Of a stretch of DNA of 40,338 nucleotides, positions 1 through 8,855 are shown in pieces. The DNA comes from a virus. Its lineage: Duplodnaviria; Caudoviricetes. Both the position numbers and the translations under genes were made by a program. The stretch lies in IMG/VR virus record IMGVR_UViG_3300044580_000288, positions 1 to 40,338 of that record. The stretch is one strand, 5' to 3'. The notes under the pieces are model-generated. The model was not told where the DNA came from. It made no database searches and saw only the letters and a program-made list of their open reading frames with translations. Within the stretch, counting starts at the first letter, position 1. Each line of letters opens with the position of its first letter.

Positions 1-55
1 TACAATGCATGGCAAGAACCATGGGGCGAAATAAATAGGCTCAATAATGAGGCAC
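1..55. repeat. 55-bp terminal direct repeat (copy 1); circular-assembly overlap
   Basis: Bases 1-55 (TACAATGCATGG...TGAGGCAC) are identical to 40284-40338; 55 is a common assembler k-mer size. Confidence 0.95.
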
Positions 56-154
56 AAAGCCGTGGCATCCCAAAAGAGCTGCTTGAGACTTGTCTAAAAG
101 AGGCGCGCTCAAGTGTATAAGAGATATGATGAAATAATGAAAGAATCTCAATTT

Positions 155-278
155 TGCAAAACATGCAAAACATGCAAAACATGCAAAAACAGCAAGTACC
201 CCCCACTTGCAAGGGGTTCGTGGACTTCGTGGGCTACTTTAGCTAGAAGTGGGAATGATGGGAATACTGGGAATCTAT
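155..278. repeat. Cluster of 9-bp-period tandem repeats
   Basis: TGCAAAACA x3 plus a near-copy (155-191); TTCGTGG twice, 9 bp apart (216-231); TGGGAATNN x3 (250-276). Confidence 0.85.
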
Positions 279-468
279 ACCCTCAAAAACGCAAAATAAA
301 TGCGCAGTATTATACTCGGTAATCGACCTAAAAAGTCGGTATCTATTATTTCTTTACAAAAAATAACAGCGGATGTATCAGCGGTGCAGAAAAGATAGAA
401 AGTCCGTACGTAAGGTCTTGCGCGAAATAAAAATCCGTGCTACTTAAGAATTATCCACGATCCATATA

Positions 469-564
469 CCTATCGGATGTGCGCCTTCATTCGATAGGAA
501 AACCAAGCAGGGGCGTGAGGGGCACCTCCTCCCCGAGCCGCCCCACTCTTTTAGGCGCAAGGAG
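469..564 (+). ncRNA. Candidate structured cis-regulatory leader RNA (pseudoknot next to the RBS)
   Basis: 11-bp stem 469-479/488-498; its loop TGCGCCT (480-486) is complementary to AGGCGCA (553-559); nested GC stem 510-515/539-544; AGGAG at 560-564 precedes ATG 570. Confidence 0.5.
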
Positions 565-569
565 ATGTT

Positions 570-899
570 ATGACGTTCGCAACAAATCCAAAACCATCAG
601 CGTCTGCAGGAGATAGATCATTTATTACAACCCCAGATAACAAGAAGAAGAAAACTATTGAGTCTGATATCCCCGGTTTCCAAGAGGAGCTCGACGAAAA
701 TGGTCAGCCAACTGGTATTTATACCGATGGAGAAAATACCTACACGCGTACCGATGCGCTGCGCATGCTCGCCAAAGCAAACGGGATGTCGCCCGATCTC
801 ACCGACGATGAGCTGGAAAAAATGCTGGATGAGATCAAAAACAGTAAAAACCGCAAAACTCCTGCTTATGAGCCTCAACTAAACAGGATTGGTGTATGA
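570..899 (+). CDS. Hypothetical protein, first gene of the head operon
   Basis: AGGAG RBS; 109-aa ORF coupled (ATGA) to the portal gene. Confidence 0.7.
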   Translation: MTFATNPKPSASAGDRSFITTPDNKKKKTIESDIPGFQEELDENGQPTGIYTDGENTYTRTDALRMLAKANGMSPDLTDDELEKMLDEIKNSKNRKTPAYEPQLNRIGV

Positions 900-2575
900 C
901 GCAATCGCGTGAAGCTGATCCATTAACCCAAGAGCTCGATACGCTTATCACTGCCCTTGAGCAGGCCCGCCAGCCATGGGAACCGACATGGGATCGGCTT
1001 TGGGATAAGTGCTATCCAACCCGAAAATTCTATGCTCCAGAGGATTATGGATCATCAAAAGAGCCAACGATCAACTATTCCACGCATGCGCGGCGTGCGC
1101 TCGAAATATCCTCGGGCGGTTTCCAAGAGTACACGGCTAATCGCCGAACTGCGTGGATGCAGTTACGATTCGATGATCCTATTTTGAATAAGCAGTACAT
1201 GGTCGCGGATTGGCTCGAGGAATGCCAGGAGATTGTGCTCGCCCATTTTAATCGAAGCAATTTTTATCCTGCACTCGGGGAGCTTGTGCCAGATGGGCAC
1301 GTAACAGGTGGTTGCATGTTTTCCGAAGAGGATCGCGCCAGAAACCTCATCCTCTATCGCGCAAGACATCCTAAAGCCATTTGGTACACGCGCAACGCGT
1401 ATGGCGAGATCGATATTGTGGTTGATGAGTATTGGTATTCGCGCCGCGCCTGTGTCCAGAGGTTTGGCGCTGAGAATCTCCATGACTCGATAACAAGGGA
1501 TGTTGATAAGGCGCCGCTCGACGGTGTCAAAATCCATCACATTGTGATGCCTATGGATACACGGTATCTCGCGTATTCAACGGAAGCCAGAAATGCAAAA
1601 ATGCCTTTTGTTTCTATTTGGTACGACCGCACTAATAAATGGATCATTGACGTTGGCGGATACTGGGAGATGCCCTATACCGCATGGGGCTATTACCAGC
1701 TTGATGGCGAGGATTATCCACGTACGCCAGCAATGGATGCCCTCGGTGAGATTTATGCAGTCAATCAGATGGCAAAATCTCGGATCGCACTCGGTCAAAA
1801 AATATCCGATCCTCCAATGATCGTTGATTCTGGGCTCCAAGGGCAAGATTACATTATACCAGGCTACCATATTTATATCGGTAGTCCAGCACAGCGCATA
1901 GAGCCACTACAGCTCGGCGCAAATTACCCCATCACCACCGATAATGAGCAGCGTGCAGAAAATGCAATTGATGCTCATTTCAATATCGATCTATACATGA
2001 TGCTCGCCAATGCTGAGCGCCAGATGACCGCCCGTGAGGTCATCGAGAGGATGGGCGAAAAAATATCGGTCATTGGCTATTCAGTAGGCACTTACGAGCA
2101 GCAGGTTCTACAGCCTAATGTACGGAGGACGTTCAATATCCTCTATCGCGCGGGCATGCTCCCACCAGCTCCGAAAGCCGTTCTCGATGCCGTCAAGGAT
2201 AAGACATATCTTAAGATAGAGTTTCTAGGCAGGTTATCGCAATTACAGCGTCAGTATTTCCAAACCTCAGGGCTTAACAATGCGATCAGTTATGTCGGGG
2301 CGATCGGCCAGATGAATCAGGACTCGCTCGACAATGTGGATTTTGATGAGCTAATGCGCACAAGCCTGGAATCTGTAGGAGCGCCAGAATCGGTGATCCG
2401 AGAAGAGGACGATGTAAAAGCGATCAGACAAAACAGGCTTGCACAGCAGGCTCAATTGATGCAATTGCAGGCCGCAGAGGCAGCCGCCAACCGCGTGGCA
2501 CAGAATTATGATAAGCTCGCAAAAACGCCACAGCCAGGCTCACCAGCTGAGCAATTAGGAGCCGCAGCACAATGA
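896..2575 (+). CDS. Portal / head-to-tail connector protein (T7 gp8 / BPP-1-like)
   Basis: 559 aa; N-terminal 'R-PWEPTW', 'MTAREVIERMGEK', 'LYRAGMLPPAP', 'IEFLGRLSQLQR' motifs typical of the podoviral head-tail connector family; position upstream of scaffold and capsid. Confidence 0.92.
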   Translation: MTQSREADPLTQELDTLITALEQARQPWEPTWDRLWDKCYPTRKFYAPEDYGSSKEPTINYSTHARRALEISSGGFQEYTANRRTAWMQLRFDDPILNKQYMVADWLEECQEIVLAHFNRSNFYPALGELVPDGHVTGGCMFSEEDRARNLILYRARHPKAIWYTRNAYGEIDIVVDEYWYSRRACVQRFGAENLHDSITRDVDKAPLDGVKIHHIVMPMDTRYLAYSTEARNAKMPFVSIWYDRTNKWIIDVGGYWEMPYTAWGYYQLDGEDYPRTPAMDALGEIYAVNQMAKSRIALGQKISDPPMIVDSGLQGQDYIIPGYHIYIGSPAQRIEPLQLGANYPITTDNEQRAENAIDAHFNIDLYMMLANAERQMTAREVIERMGEKISVIGYSVGTYEQQVLQPNVRRTFNILYRAGMLPPAPKAVLDAVKDKTYLKIEFLGRLSQLQRQYFQTSGLNNAISYVGAIGQMNQDSLDNVDFDELMRTSLESVGAPESVIREEDDVKAIRQNRLAQQAQLMQLQAAEAAANRVAQNYDKLAKTPQPGSPAEQLGAAAQ

Positions 2576-2823
2576 CACACGAAGAGGAATTGCAGGAGCA
2601 AGCGCGGGCGCGTGATTTAGTAAGGCGTGTCTATTCAACGCCCGACGGGCTAAAAGTCCTCACTGCGCTTCTGCTTGATCTTGGATTGTTCAGCAAAGCG
2701 ACGGATGCCGATTCAATGGCTCGCCGCAACTTTGCGATATTTTACATACGTGAGCGCCTGGGATTTACTCAGGCACAAGATGCAGAAGAGCTTGTAAAGC
2801 TCTTGTTACAATTAGGTAAATAG
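2572..2823 (+). CDS. Small conserved head-module protein (Bbp19-like)
   Basis: 'RRVYSTPDGLKVLTALL' resembles the 'F.T..G..VL.DL' motif of small proteins following BPP-1-like portals; ATGA coupling. Confidence 0.7.
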   Translation: MTHEEELQEQARARDLVRRVYSTPDGLKVLTALLLDLGLFSKATDADSMARRNFAIFYIRERLGFTQAQDAEELVKLLLQLGK

Positions 2824-2834
2824 GAGCAACCAAA

Positions 2835-3683
2835 ATGGCAGAAAATGAGGGCATGGTAAAGGGTCTCGAAAGAGGCAACCCCCCAGAGCCAGCGGACGCG
2901 GGAACGAAGGGGCCGGTAACCTTCGCCACCAGTCTGGATTCGCCAACCGGAAGCAGCAATCCGACTGCGTTGCAGACGGAAAGCCAAGGCGAATCATCCA
3001 CGCAGCCTCAGGAAAGCTCACCGCAGACCGGGGTTTTGCCAGGATATGCAGCTGGGCTCTCAAAAGAGCTGAAAGCCGACAGTAAGATCGTTGCGTTCAC
3101 CGGGAAATTCAAATCAATGGACGACCTCGTAAAGAGCGCAATGGAGGCAGACAGCAAACTGGGGAGCATGGTCAGTATACCGAAAGATGGGGCGCCTGAA
3201 GAGGAACTCAAAGCTTTTTATTCAAAGCTTGGAGTCCCAGAAAAACCAGAAGATTATAAGCTCTCTACAAAAGACACTGGTTTATCAGATAGTGATCTTG
3301 CGGAATTCAAGAAACAGGCGTATGAGATGCACCTTACAAACGCCCAGGCCCAAAAACTCGTCGATAATGCGGCAAAAAATATAAAAGACCTCGCGACTCA
3401 ATACCATGAGCGCATGAAACAGGCGGCAGCCGAAACCGAGGCTGCGCTTAAAAAAGAATGGGGTCAGAACTATCAGACGAATTACAATCTGATGCAAAGG
3501 GCATGGCGTACGCTAGGCGACCCAGAGCTCGCAAAAGAGCTTGAGGAATCAGGATTTGGCAATTCTCGAGCTTTTGCAAAATTCCTTTCAAAAGTCGGAA
3601 GCCTTATGGCTGAAGATAGAACTGCCGAATCAGGCCTCAAAAAAATCCCGCAACAATCAGGAATCAGTAGACCAGGTTTGTAA
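2835..3683 (+). CDS. Capsid scaffolding/assembly protein
   Basis: Disordered N-terminus, 'FYSKLGVPEKPEDYKL', 'LKKEWGQNY'; lies between portal and major capsid. Confidence 0.8.
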   Translation: MAENEGMVKGLERGNPPEPADAGTKGPVTFATSLDSPTGSSNPTALQTESQGESSTQPQESSPQTGVLPGYAAGLSKELKADSKIVAFTGKFKSMDDLVKSAMEADSKLGSMVSIPKDGAPEEELKAFYSKLGVPEKPEDYKLSTKDTGLSDSDLAEFKKQAYEMHLTNAQAQKLVDNAAKNIKDLATQYHERMKQAAAETEAALKKEWGQNYQTNYNLMQRAWRTLGDPELAKELEESGFGNSRAFAKFLSKVGSLMAEDRTAESGLKKIPQQSGISRPGL

Positions 3684-3704
3684 TAAGAGGGCAAAGGGGC
3701 TATT

Positions 3705-4682
3705 ATGGCCACCCTCACCTTAGATGAATTGACGCCGATAGAGCTCGCAAAACGCTTTGCAGGCAAAAATTCAATATTCATTATCGAGTCAATGAGCGAA
3801 ACCAATGAGATCCTCATTGATGCCGTCATGGGCGAAGCCTCAGATGGCACTGTCAACAAGACTACTCAGCGAATCTCGCTGCCAGTGGGCACCCGCAGAA
3901 TCTATGGCCAGCCGATTGGCTCAGAGGCCAGCAAAACTCGCCAAATCGAAGATGGAATCGAAATGCTCGAGGATTATTCAGACGTCGACGCGAACATGGT
4001 AGATCATAGTCCGAGCAAAGCCGAACTTCTTGATTCAGAGGATCGCGCATTCCTTGAAGGAATGGGGCAAACACAGGCCGATGACTTACTGTACGCGAAG
4101 AAAGAAGATGGGCTCGAATTCATTGATGGAATCTATACAAGACTGCCCGCGACCGCTGATAATTCAACAGTGTTCAAAGTAGAAACATCAGGCTCTAATT
4201 TTACTTCAATTATCCTCGTCAAGTGGAGCCCTGTAATGACGAAACTGATATATCCGAAAGGCCGCAACGATCTTGGCGTGAAAGCCGAATTCCGTGGCAA
4301 GCAGGATATTCAGAAGACCGTTAACGGGGTCACTGGTACTCTGCCGGTATATCGAACGTTCTACTCGACACACTTCGGAATCACACTTCGCGATCCGCGC
4401 GCAGTGAAGAGAATCTGCAATATCAACCCGCTCACTTCGAGTGTAGAGACAATCGCAAAACAGCTTATTGCCGCAAAAAATAAGCTTCCAAAGGGAGCTG
4501 GAACAATCGTTGCTTACATGAATTCAGATGTACTCACCTTGTTCGAGCAGTACACTACGGTTCCAAGCGGCAGATGGCTCGCTGTGAAAGACGATCCATG
4601 GGGCAAGCCTACGACCATGCTCGGCGAGATCAGATTCAGACAGGTTGACGCGATTCTCAATACAGAATCGCTCGTGAGCTAA
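3705..4682 (+). CDS. Major capsid protein (BPP-1 Bbp17-like)
   Basis: 325 aa; 'IIESMSETNEILID', 'SEDRAFLEGMGQ', 'LRDPRAVKRICNI', C-terminal 'IRFRQVDAILNTESLV' typical of this capsid family. Confidence 0.9.
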   Translation: MATLTLDELTPIELAKRFAGKNSIFIIESMSETNEILIDAVMGEASDGTVNKTTQRISLPVGTRRIYGQPIGSEASKTRQIEDGIEMLEDYSDVDANMVDHSPSKAELLDSEDRAFLEGMGQTQADDLLYAKKEDGLEFIDGIYTRLPATADNSTVFKVETSGSNFTSIILVKWSPVMTKLIYPKGRNDLGVKAEFRGKQDIQKTVNGVTGTLPVYRTFYSTHFGITLRDPRAVKRICNINPLTSSVETIAKQLIAAKNKLPKGAGTIVAYMNSDVLTLFEQYTTVPSGRWLAVKDDPWGKPTTMLGEIRFRQVDAILNTESLVS

Positions 4683-4696
4683 TAAAGGAGAATGGT

Positions 4697-5089
4697 ATGT
4701 ATCACGTAAAAAACATTCTATGCAAAGGGCTTGATGTAAAAGGCTCAGGGACAAAATACTCCGATGTGCTAGACACTGGTGGTGCAAAACTTGGCGATGT
4801 AGAGCCGATAATCCTCGAGCTATGGTCTACAGTAAATGCAAGCGGCGCCGATGGCAGGCTTGCAATCAATGTGCAGAGCTCGGTTGATGAGTCGTTTACG
4901 TCGCCTATAGAAACTGGCATTGCGCTTTCAGGGCTCACCGCAGCAAATCTTGCAAAAGGCAAAATTCTTGAGATTGCACTACCAAAAGGTCTAAAACGAT
5001 ATCTCAGGGTGAAGTTTGTAACGAGCACGGCGAACACGGCATACTTTGATGCTTGCAATATCACTGCTGTCGTGAGATCAAGGGATTAG
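4697..5089 (+). CDS. Capsid cement/decoration protein (Bbp16-like)
   Basis: 130-aa beta-rich protein directly after the capsid gene, with 'LPKGLKRYLRVKF'; AAGGAG RBS. Confidence 0.75.
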   Translation: MYHVKNILCKGLDVKGSGTKYSDVLDTGGAKLGDVEPIILELWSTVNASGADGRLAINVQSSVDESFTSPIETGIALSGLTAANLAKGKILEIALPKGLKRYLRVKFVTSTANTAYFDACNITAVVRSRD

Positions 5090-5091
5090 TT

Positions 5092-5286
5092 ATGGCAACA
5101 AAACAAGATAATCGCGTAGGCGAACAGCCTCGACGGTTCCGATGCAAAGTAACCTGCTACTGGAACGGTACACGTTATTATGGCGAAGACAGGGTCCAGC
5201 AAGGTGGAAAAGTGTCGGAAATCGAATTCCAGCCTGGGACGGAAATCCCTAAAAATTTCCAGTGGGAAAACTGGGAAGAATTCTAA
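5092..5286 (+). CDS. Small virion-module protein
   Basis: ATG 5092 after AGGGA; 64 aa ('FRCKVTCYWNGTRYYG'); followed by a terminator. Confidence 0.65.
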   Translation: MATKQDNRVGEQPRRFRCKVTCYWNGTRYYGEDRVQQGGKVSEIEFQPGTEIPKNFQWENWEEF

Positions 5287-5289
5287 AAT

Positions 5290-5314
5290 AAGGGGGCATA
5301 GCGCCCCCTTTCTA
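5290..5314 (+). terminator. Intrinsic terminator ending the capsid transcript
   Basis: AAGGGGGC-atagc-GCCCCCTT hairpin followed by a short T-rich tail. Confidence 0.75.
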
Positions 5315-5326
5315 TAAGGAAATGCT

Positions 5327-6154
5327 ATGACAGAAATAGATATTATCAATAGAGCGTTGACAAAAAATCATGTGCTCGATGAGGTGACGAGTAGCGACGG
5401 GACTGTCGCGAATATCACAAGCACAGGGCTCTCTGCCACGCTCGCAAAACGATTTTATGCTGAATCCAGACGGCAAATATTGCGTCTTGCCCCATGGACT
5501 TGCATTCAAACACGCAAACAACTTGCATGTAGAGCAAGAACGACATCAACAGCCTACGCTTTAGGCGATCAGGTAGTCGGTTCTCACGGCACAATATATT
5601 CAGTCTATAAATGCACTACCGCAGGAACTACAGGATCTAGTGCAGTAACATGGCCTGCAAGTGGAACAGTCACTGATGGCACCGTTATATGGACATTTCA
5701 GTATGACGTGGAATCAGATTTAACGGCAACCAATTTCTCAGGTTTCAAATATGGGTATCCTTTACCCAAAGATTACGTGAACCAGGTTGATGTCACTTCG
5801 CTCAATGGCCGAAAAGTCGAATTTTCTATAGAAGGTTCTTACTGTTTCTGCGATATCCTTGATCCTATTCTTGTATATGTGCCAGACGTTGTGGACCCAA
5901 ACAAATGGGATCCACTTCTTGCAGAGGCAATCACTATGCAGACCGCAAGCGCATTCGCGTATCCATTAACCGGTAGTCACGAAAACGAGATTGCATTCGC
6001 ACAAATCGCGATGAATACAGTACAACAAGCAATGGCAAAGAGCCTTCGCGAAAAACAGCAAGGCTGGATGCCAACAGATGAATGGATGAATGGCCTCTTT
6101 AGTATGCCAGTAACTGCGCGAACAAGCGGCCAGCAGCAACAGCAAGGACAATAA
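5327..6154 (+). CDS. Tail tubular protein A / adaptor (T7 gp11-like) with an inserted small beta module
   Basis: 'EIDIINRAL', 'YAESRRQILRLAPWTC', 'YGYPLPKDY', 'WDPLLAEAI...LAYPLTG'-like motifs; ~55-aa insertion 'TAYALGDQV...TTAGTTGSS...DGTVIW'. Confidence 0.8.
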   Translation: MTEIDIINRALTKNHVLDEVTSSDGTVANITSTGLSATLAKRFYAESRRQILRLAPWTCIQTRKQLACRARTTSTAYALGDQVVGSHGTIYSVYKCTTAGTTGSSAVTWPASGTVTDGTVIWTFQYDVESDLTATNFSGFKYGYPLPKDYVNQVDVTSLNGRKVEFSIEGSYCFCDILDPILVYVPDVVDPNKWDPLLAEAITMQTASAFAYPLTGSHENEIAFAQIAMNTVQQAMAKSLREKQQGWMPTDEWMNGLFSMPVTARTSGQQQQQGQ

Positions 6155-8089
6155 ATGCCGGGCGCGGTTATAACTGACTTTTCGCTTGGAGAACTCTCTG
6201 AGCGATTCAAAGGAAGGTTCGACCTCGAAGCATATGGTCGAGGCGCACTTGAAGTGACCAATTTTATCCCCACTTATCCTGGTGGAGTAACAATGCGCCC
6301 AGGAGTCAAGCATATCGGGCAAATTGGCATTGCAAAGGTGCGCCTTGTGCCATTTATCATTTCCGATTCTCTTGCTTATATTCTCGAATTTTGCTCAAAA
6401 ACAATACGAATATGGAAGGATGGCAGTTTACTTACTTCAGCAGGAGTTCCTTTAAGCATTGCAACGCCATATTCCGATATATTTAATCTTCAGTTCGCAC
6501 AGGATGCGGCAAAGCTCTTTATTGTATCAGGCAGCGATAAAATCAAAGTTCTCGAGATGACTGTTATCGATACTTTCACCTTTTCAGACCTTGCAATTAC
6601 CTCAAATGAGGGGATGCTGCCATTCCAGTCGACAGGGAATTATCCAAAAGCAATTGCAATCCATGACGGCAGGCTCTATCTCGCGGGAACAAGCGCAGAG
6701 CCGCAGACAATATGGGCAAGTCAGCCTTTTGATTATGGGAATTTCACTTATTTTGATACAGTGGAATATACGTCAAGCCAATTGCGGGAGCCGCAAAATG
6801 CATTCAGTGGCTATATAAGATCAGGTTCAACGCGCATTTTAGAGGTATCGGCAGATGAAATTGCTAAAATGAAGATCGGAGATAGAATAACTGGGCAGGG
6901 CATTCAGTATGAATATGGCAAGACCTATACCTATATCACCGCATTAGGCTCAGATTATATAGATATTTCGCTTGCGGCAACAGCAACGGGCACCTATACG
7001 CTCTACGACGGATGGCATGATCCTACAATTCCAGAATATACGGACGTGACAAATAGTCGAGATGTCGTCACGTCAGCCTCGGCATTCAAAAAAACCATCG
7101 CCGCTGATTCAAACGAGATGATTTTGTGGCTCGCAAGTATGGGAAATCTTGTAGTAGGAACGACCTGTAGCGAAAGAATAATACCTTCTGGAACAAACGC
7201 AACAAATTTTGTATGCAAAAAGATGACCGCCTATGGATCAAAACGTATTCAGCCGATTTTATTGAACGATGCCATAGTATTCTTATCTCCAGATGGAAAT
7301 ACTGCCCGTGAATATTCGCTCCAACCAAGCTCTAGCGCAGAAGCCTATTATGCGCCAATGCTCACAATAAATGCAGATCATATTCTTAGCAATGTAGCGC
7401 AGATCGATTATTCATCGTCTGGATGGTCGATCATGTGGCTCTTAAATTCCACAGGTGAATGTATTGGCATCGTCCGAGATAGAGTTATCGGCATAGCATC
7501 GTTCTTTAGAATCAGGCTTGCAGACGGGGTAATTGAGTCAATTGCGGTGATTCCTGAAAGCGGCACAGATCAGCTTTATATGTCCATCAATAGAAATGGC
7601 ACTCGTTATCTTGTAAAACTTGGTGACGCCGTGAACTGCCTCGATGAATATGCAGAAAAGACCGTAGTAGGCGGAATGATAACTGATATTCCATGGATTA
7701 GCGGGAGCGCAACGCTCATTTATAATAACCAAAAATATTCAATAACCGTATCTAATGGTTCCGTTGAGGTGCCAGAGGATATTCCTAATAATTCAATAGT
7801 ATTAGTCGGACTGCCATATACTGCCAGAATCCGCACAATGCCAACAGCCGATAATCCCATGCGGCAGAAACAAGTTCCCAAGGTGACTATGAAAGTATTG
7901 AATTCCTATGAATTTAAGGTCGGTTATCAAAATAAGCTTCAGGCATCGAAAATAACAGGCAAATACTCGGGTGATATTGACCTTATGATAGGCGGTAGCT
8001 GGGATACAGAGGGATCGCTCACTATCGAGCAGGATTCACTTCCACTCACTATCCTTGCAATCCGCCTCGATATAAATCAGGGTGGCTAA
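6155..8089 (+). CDS. Tail tubular protein B / nozzle (T7 gp12-like)
   Basis: 'DFSLGELSERFKGRFDLEAY', 'GGVTMRPG', 'YPKAIAIHDGRL', C-terminal 'LPLTILAI' typical of the family. Confidence 0.88.
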   Translation: MPGAVITDFSLGELSERFKGRFDLEAYGRGALEVTNFIPTYPGGVTMRPGVKHIGQIGIAKVRLVPFIISDSLAYILEFCSKTIRIWKDGSLLTSAGVPLSIATPYSDIFNLQFAQDAAKLFIVSGSDKIKVLEMTVIDTFTFSDLAITSNEGMLPFQSTGNYPKAIAIHDGRLYLAGTSAEPQTIWASQPFDYGNFTYFDTVEYTSSQLREPQNAFSGYIRSGSTRILEVSADEIAKMKIGDRITGQGIQYEYGKTYTYITALGSDYIDISLAATATGTYTLYDGWHDPTIPEYTDVTNSRDVVTSASAFKKTIAADSNEMILWLASMGNLVVGTTCSERIIPSGTNATNFVCKKMTAYGSKRIQPILLNDAIVFLSPDGNTAREYSLQPSSSAEAYYAPMLTINADHILSNVAQIDYSSSGWSIMWLLNSTGECIGIVRDRVIGIASFFRIRLADGVIESIAVIPESGTDQLYMSINRNGTRYLVKLGDAVNCLDEYAEKTVVGGMITDIPWISGSATLIYNNQKYSITVSNGSVEVPEDIPNNSIVLVGLPYTARIRTMPTADNPMRQKQVPKVTMKVLNSYEFKVGYQNKLQASKITGKYSGDIDLMIGGSWDTEGSLTIEQDSLPLTILAIRLDINQGG

Positions 8090-8090
8090 C

Positions 8091-8855
8091 ATGGATCCAA
8101 TTACCATAGCATTGATTGTAATGGGCGGCAGCGCAATAATAAAAGGTTTCGGAAATGTTTTCAGCAACAAAGTAGCGCGCGAAAAAGAAAAAACAGAAGC
8201 GCAAAGCCAAATCAATATATTAAAAGCAAATACAGCAGAGGCAGTGAATAATCTCGAAGCTCAACTTGAATCAAATAAAGAACAGGATTTTATCCGCGCA
8301 AGCGCCATTGAACGGGGAGCTTCGACAGAATTCACTCAAAATATGCAGCAGACTTATCTAGGCCAGCTCACCGCAGAGAATAATTATATCGGCCAACTCG
8401 CGCAGGGGCAAACAACATTAGGACAACTTAAGAGCACAGAGGGCACATCAGGGGCACGCTCCGATATCCTAGTCAATAGCATTATCAAACAGACAATTGA
8501 AGCAGAAAATAAGCAGGCTCGCCAGACGATAGATAAATCGCTCGAATCAGCGGTAGGGCAAGGTCTTGCCAGTTATAAGGAATCAGAGGCACAGGCCAAT
8601 ACATTGCGATCAATGTATAATGAAGGTTCAGCCTATATGAGACTGTTTCAGACGCAGAAACAGGGAATCATAAATTCCTCAGCCGCAAAGGAGTCTTACC
8701 TGCAGGATATCTATAATGATGCAAGCAAGTATGATAAATGGGACTTTGGCGCTGATTTCTTTGGAGTCGCTACGCCAATCTTTGAGGCGGCATCTTCAAT
8801 GTGGGCTGCGGGGGCGTTCGGCCCAACATCGAACATATTTGGGAAAACAAAATGA
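8091..8855 (+). CDS. Internal virion (ejection) protein, small
   Basis: Starts MDPITIALIVMGG; coiled-coil middle; hydrophobic Gly/Ala C-terminus; position of the T7 gp14 analogue. Confidence 0.6.
   Translation: MDPITIALIVMGGSAIIKGFGNVFSNKVAREKEKTEAQSQINILKANTAEAVNNLEAQLESNKEQDFIRASAIERGASTEFTQNMQQTYLGQLTAENNYIGQLAQGQTTLGQLKSTEGTSGARSDILVNSIIKQTIEAENKQARQTIDKSLESAVGQGLASYKESEAQANTLRSMYNEGSAYMRLFQTQKQGIINSSAAKESYLQDIYNDASKYDKWDFGADFFGVATPIFEAASSMWAAGAFGPTSNIFGKTK

Noticed and set aside
1-55. Biological terminal repeats like those of T7
   Set aside because: The exact 55-bp length and mid-ORF position fit an assembler overlap better; physical ends cannot be inferred from this.
113-322. 69-aa ORF with CKTCKTCKTC (possible metal-binding motif)
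   Set aside because: The Cys pattern is a by-product of the 9-bp DNA repeat; GTG start and no convincing coding signal.
418-446. Sigma70-like promoter TTGCGC-17-TACTTA ahead of the structured leader
   Set aside because: The -10 match is weak; plausible but not supportable.
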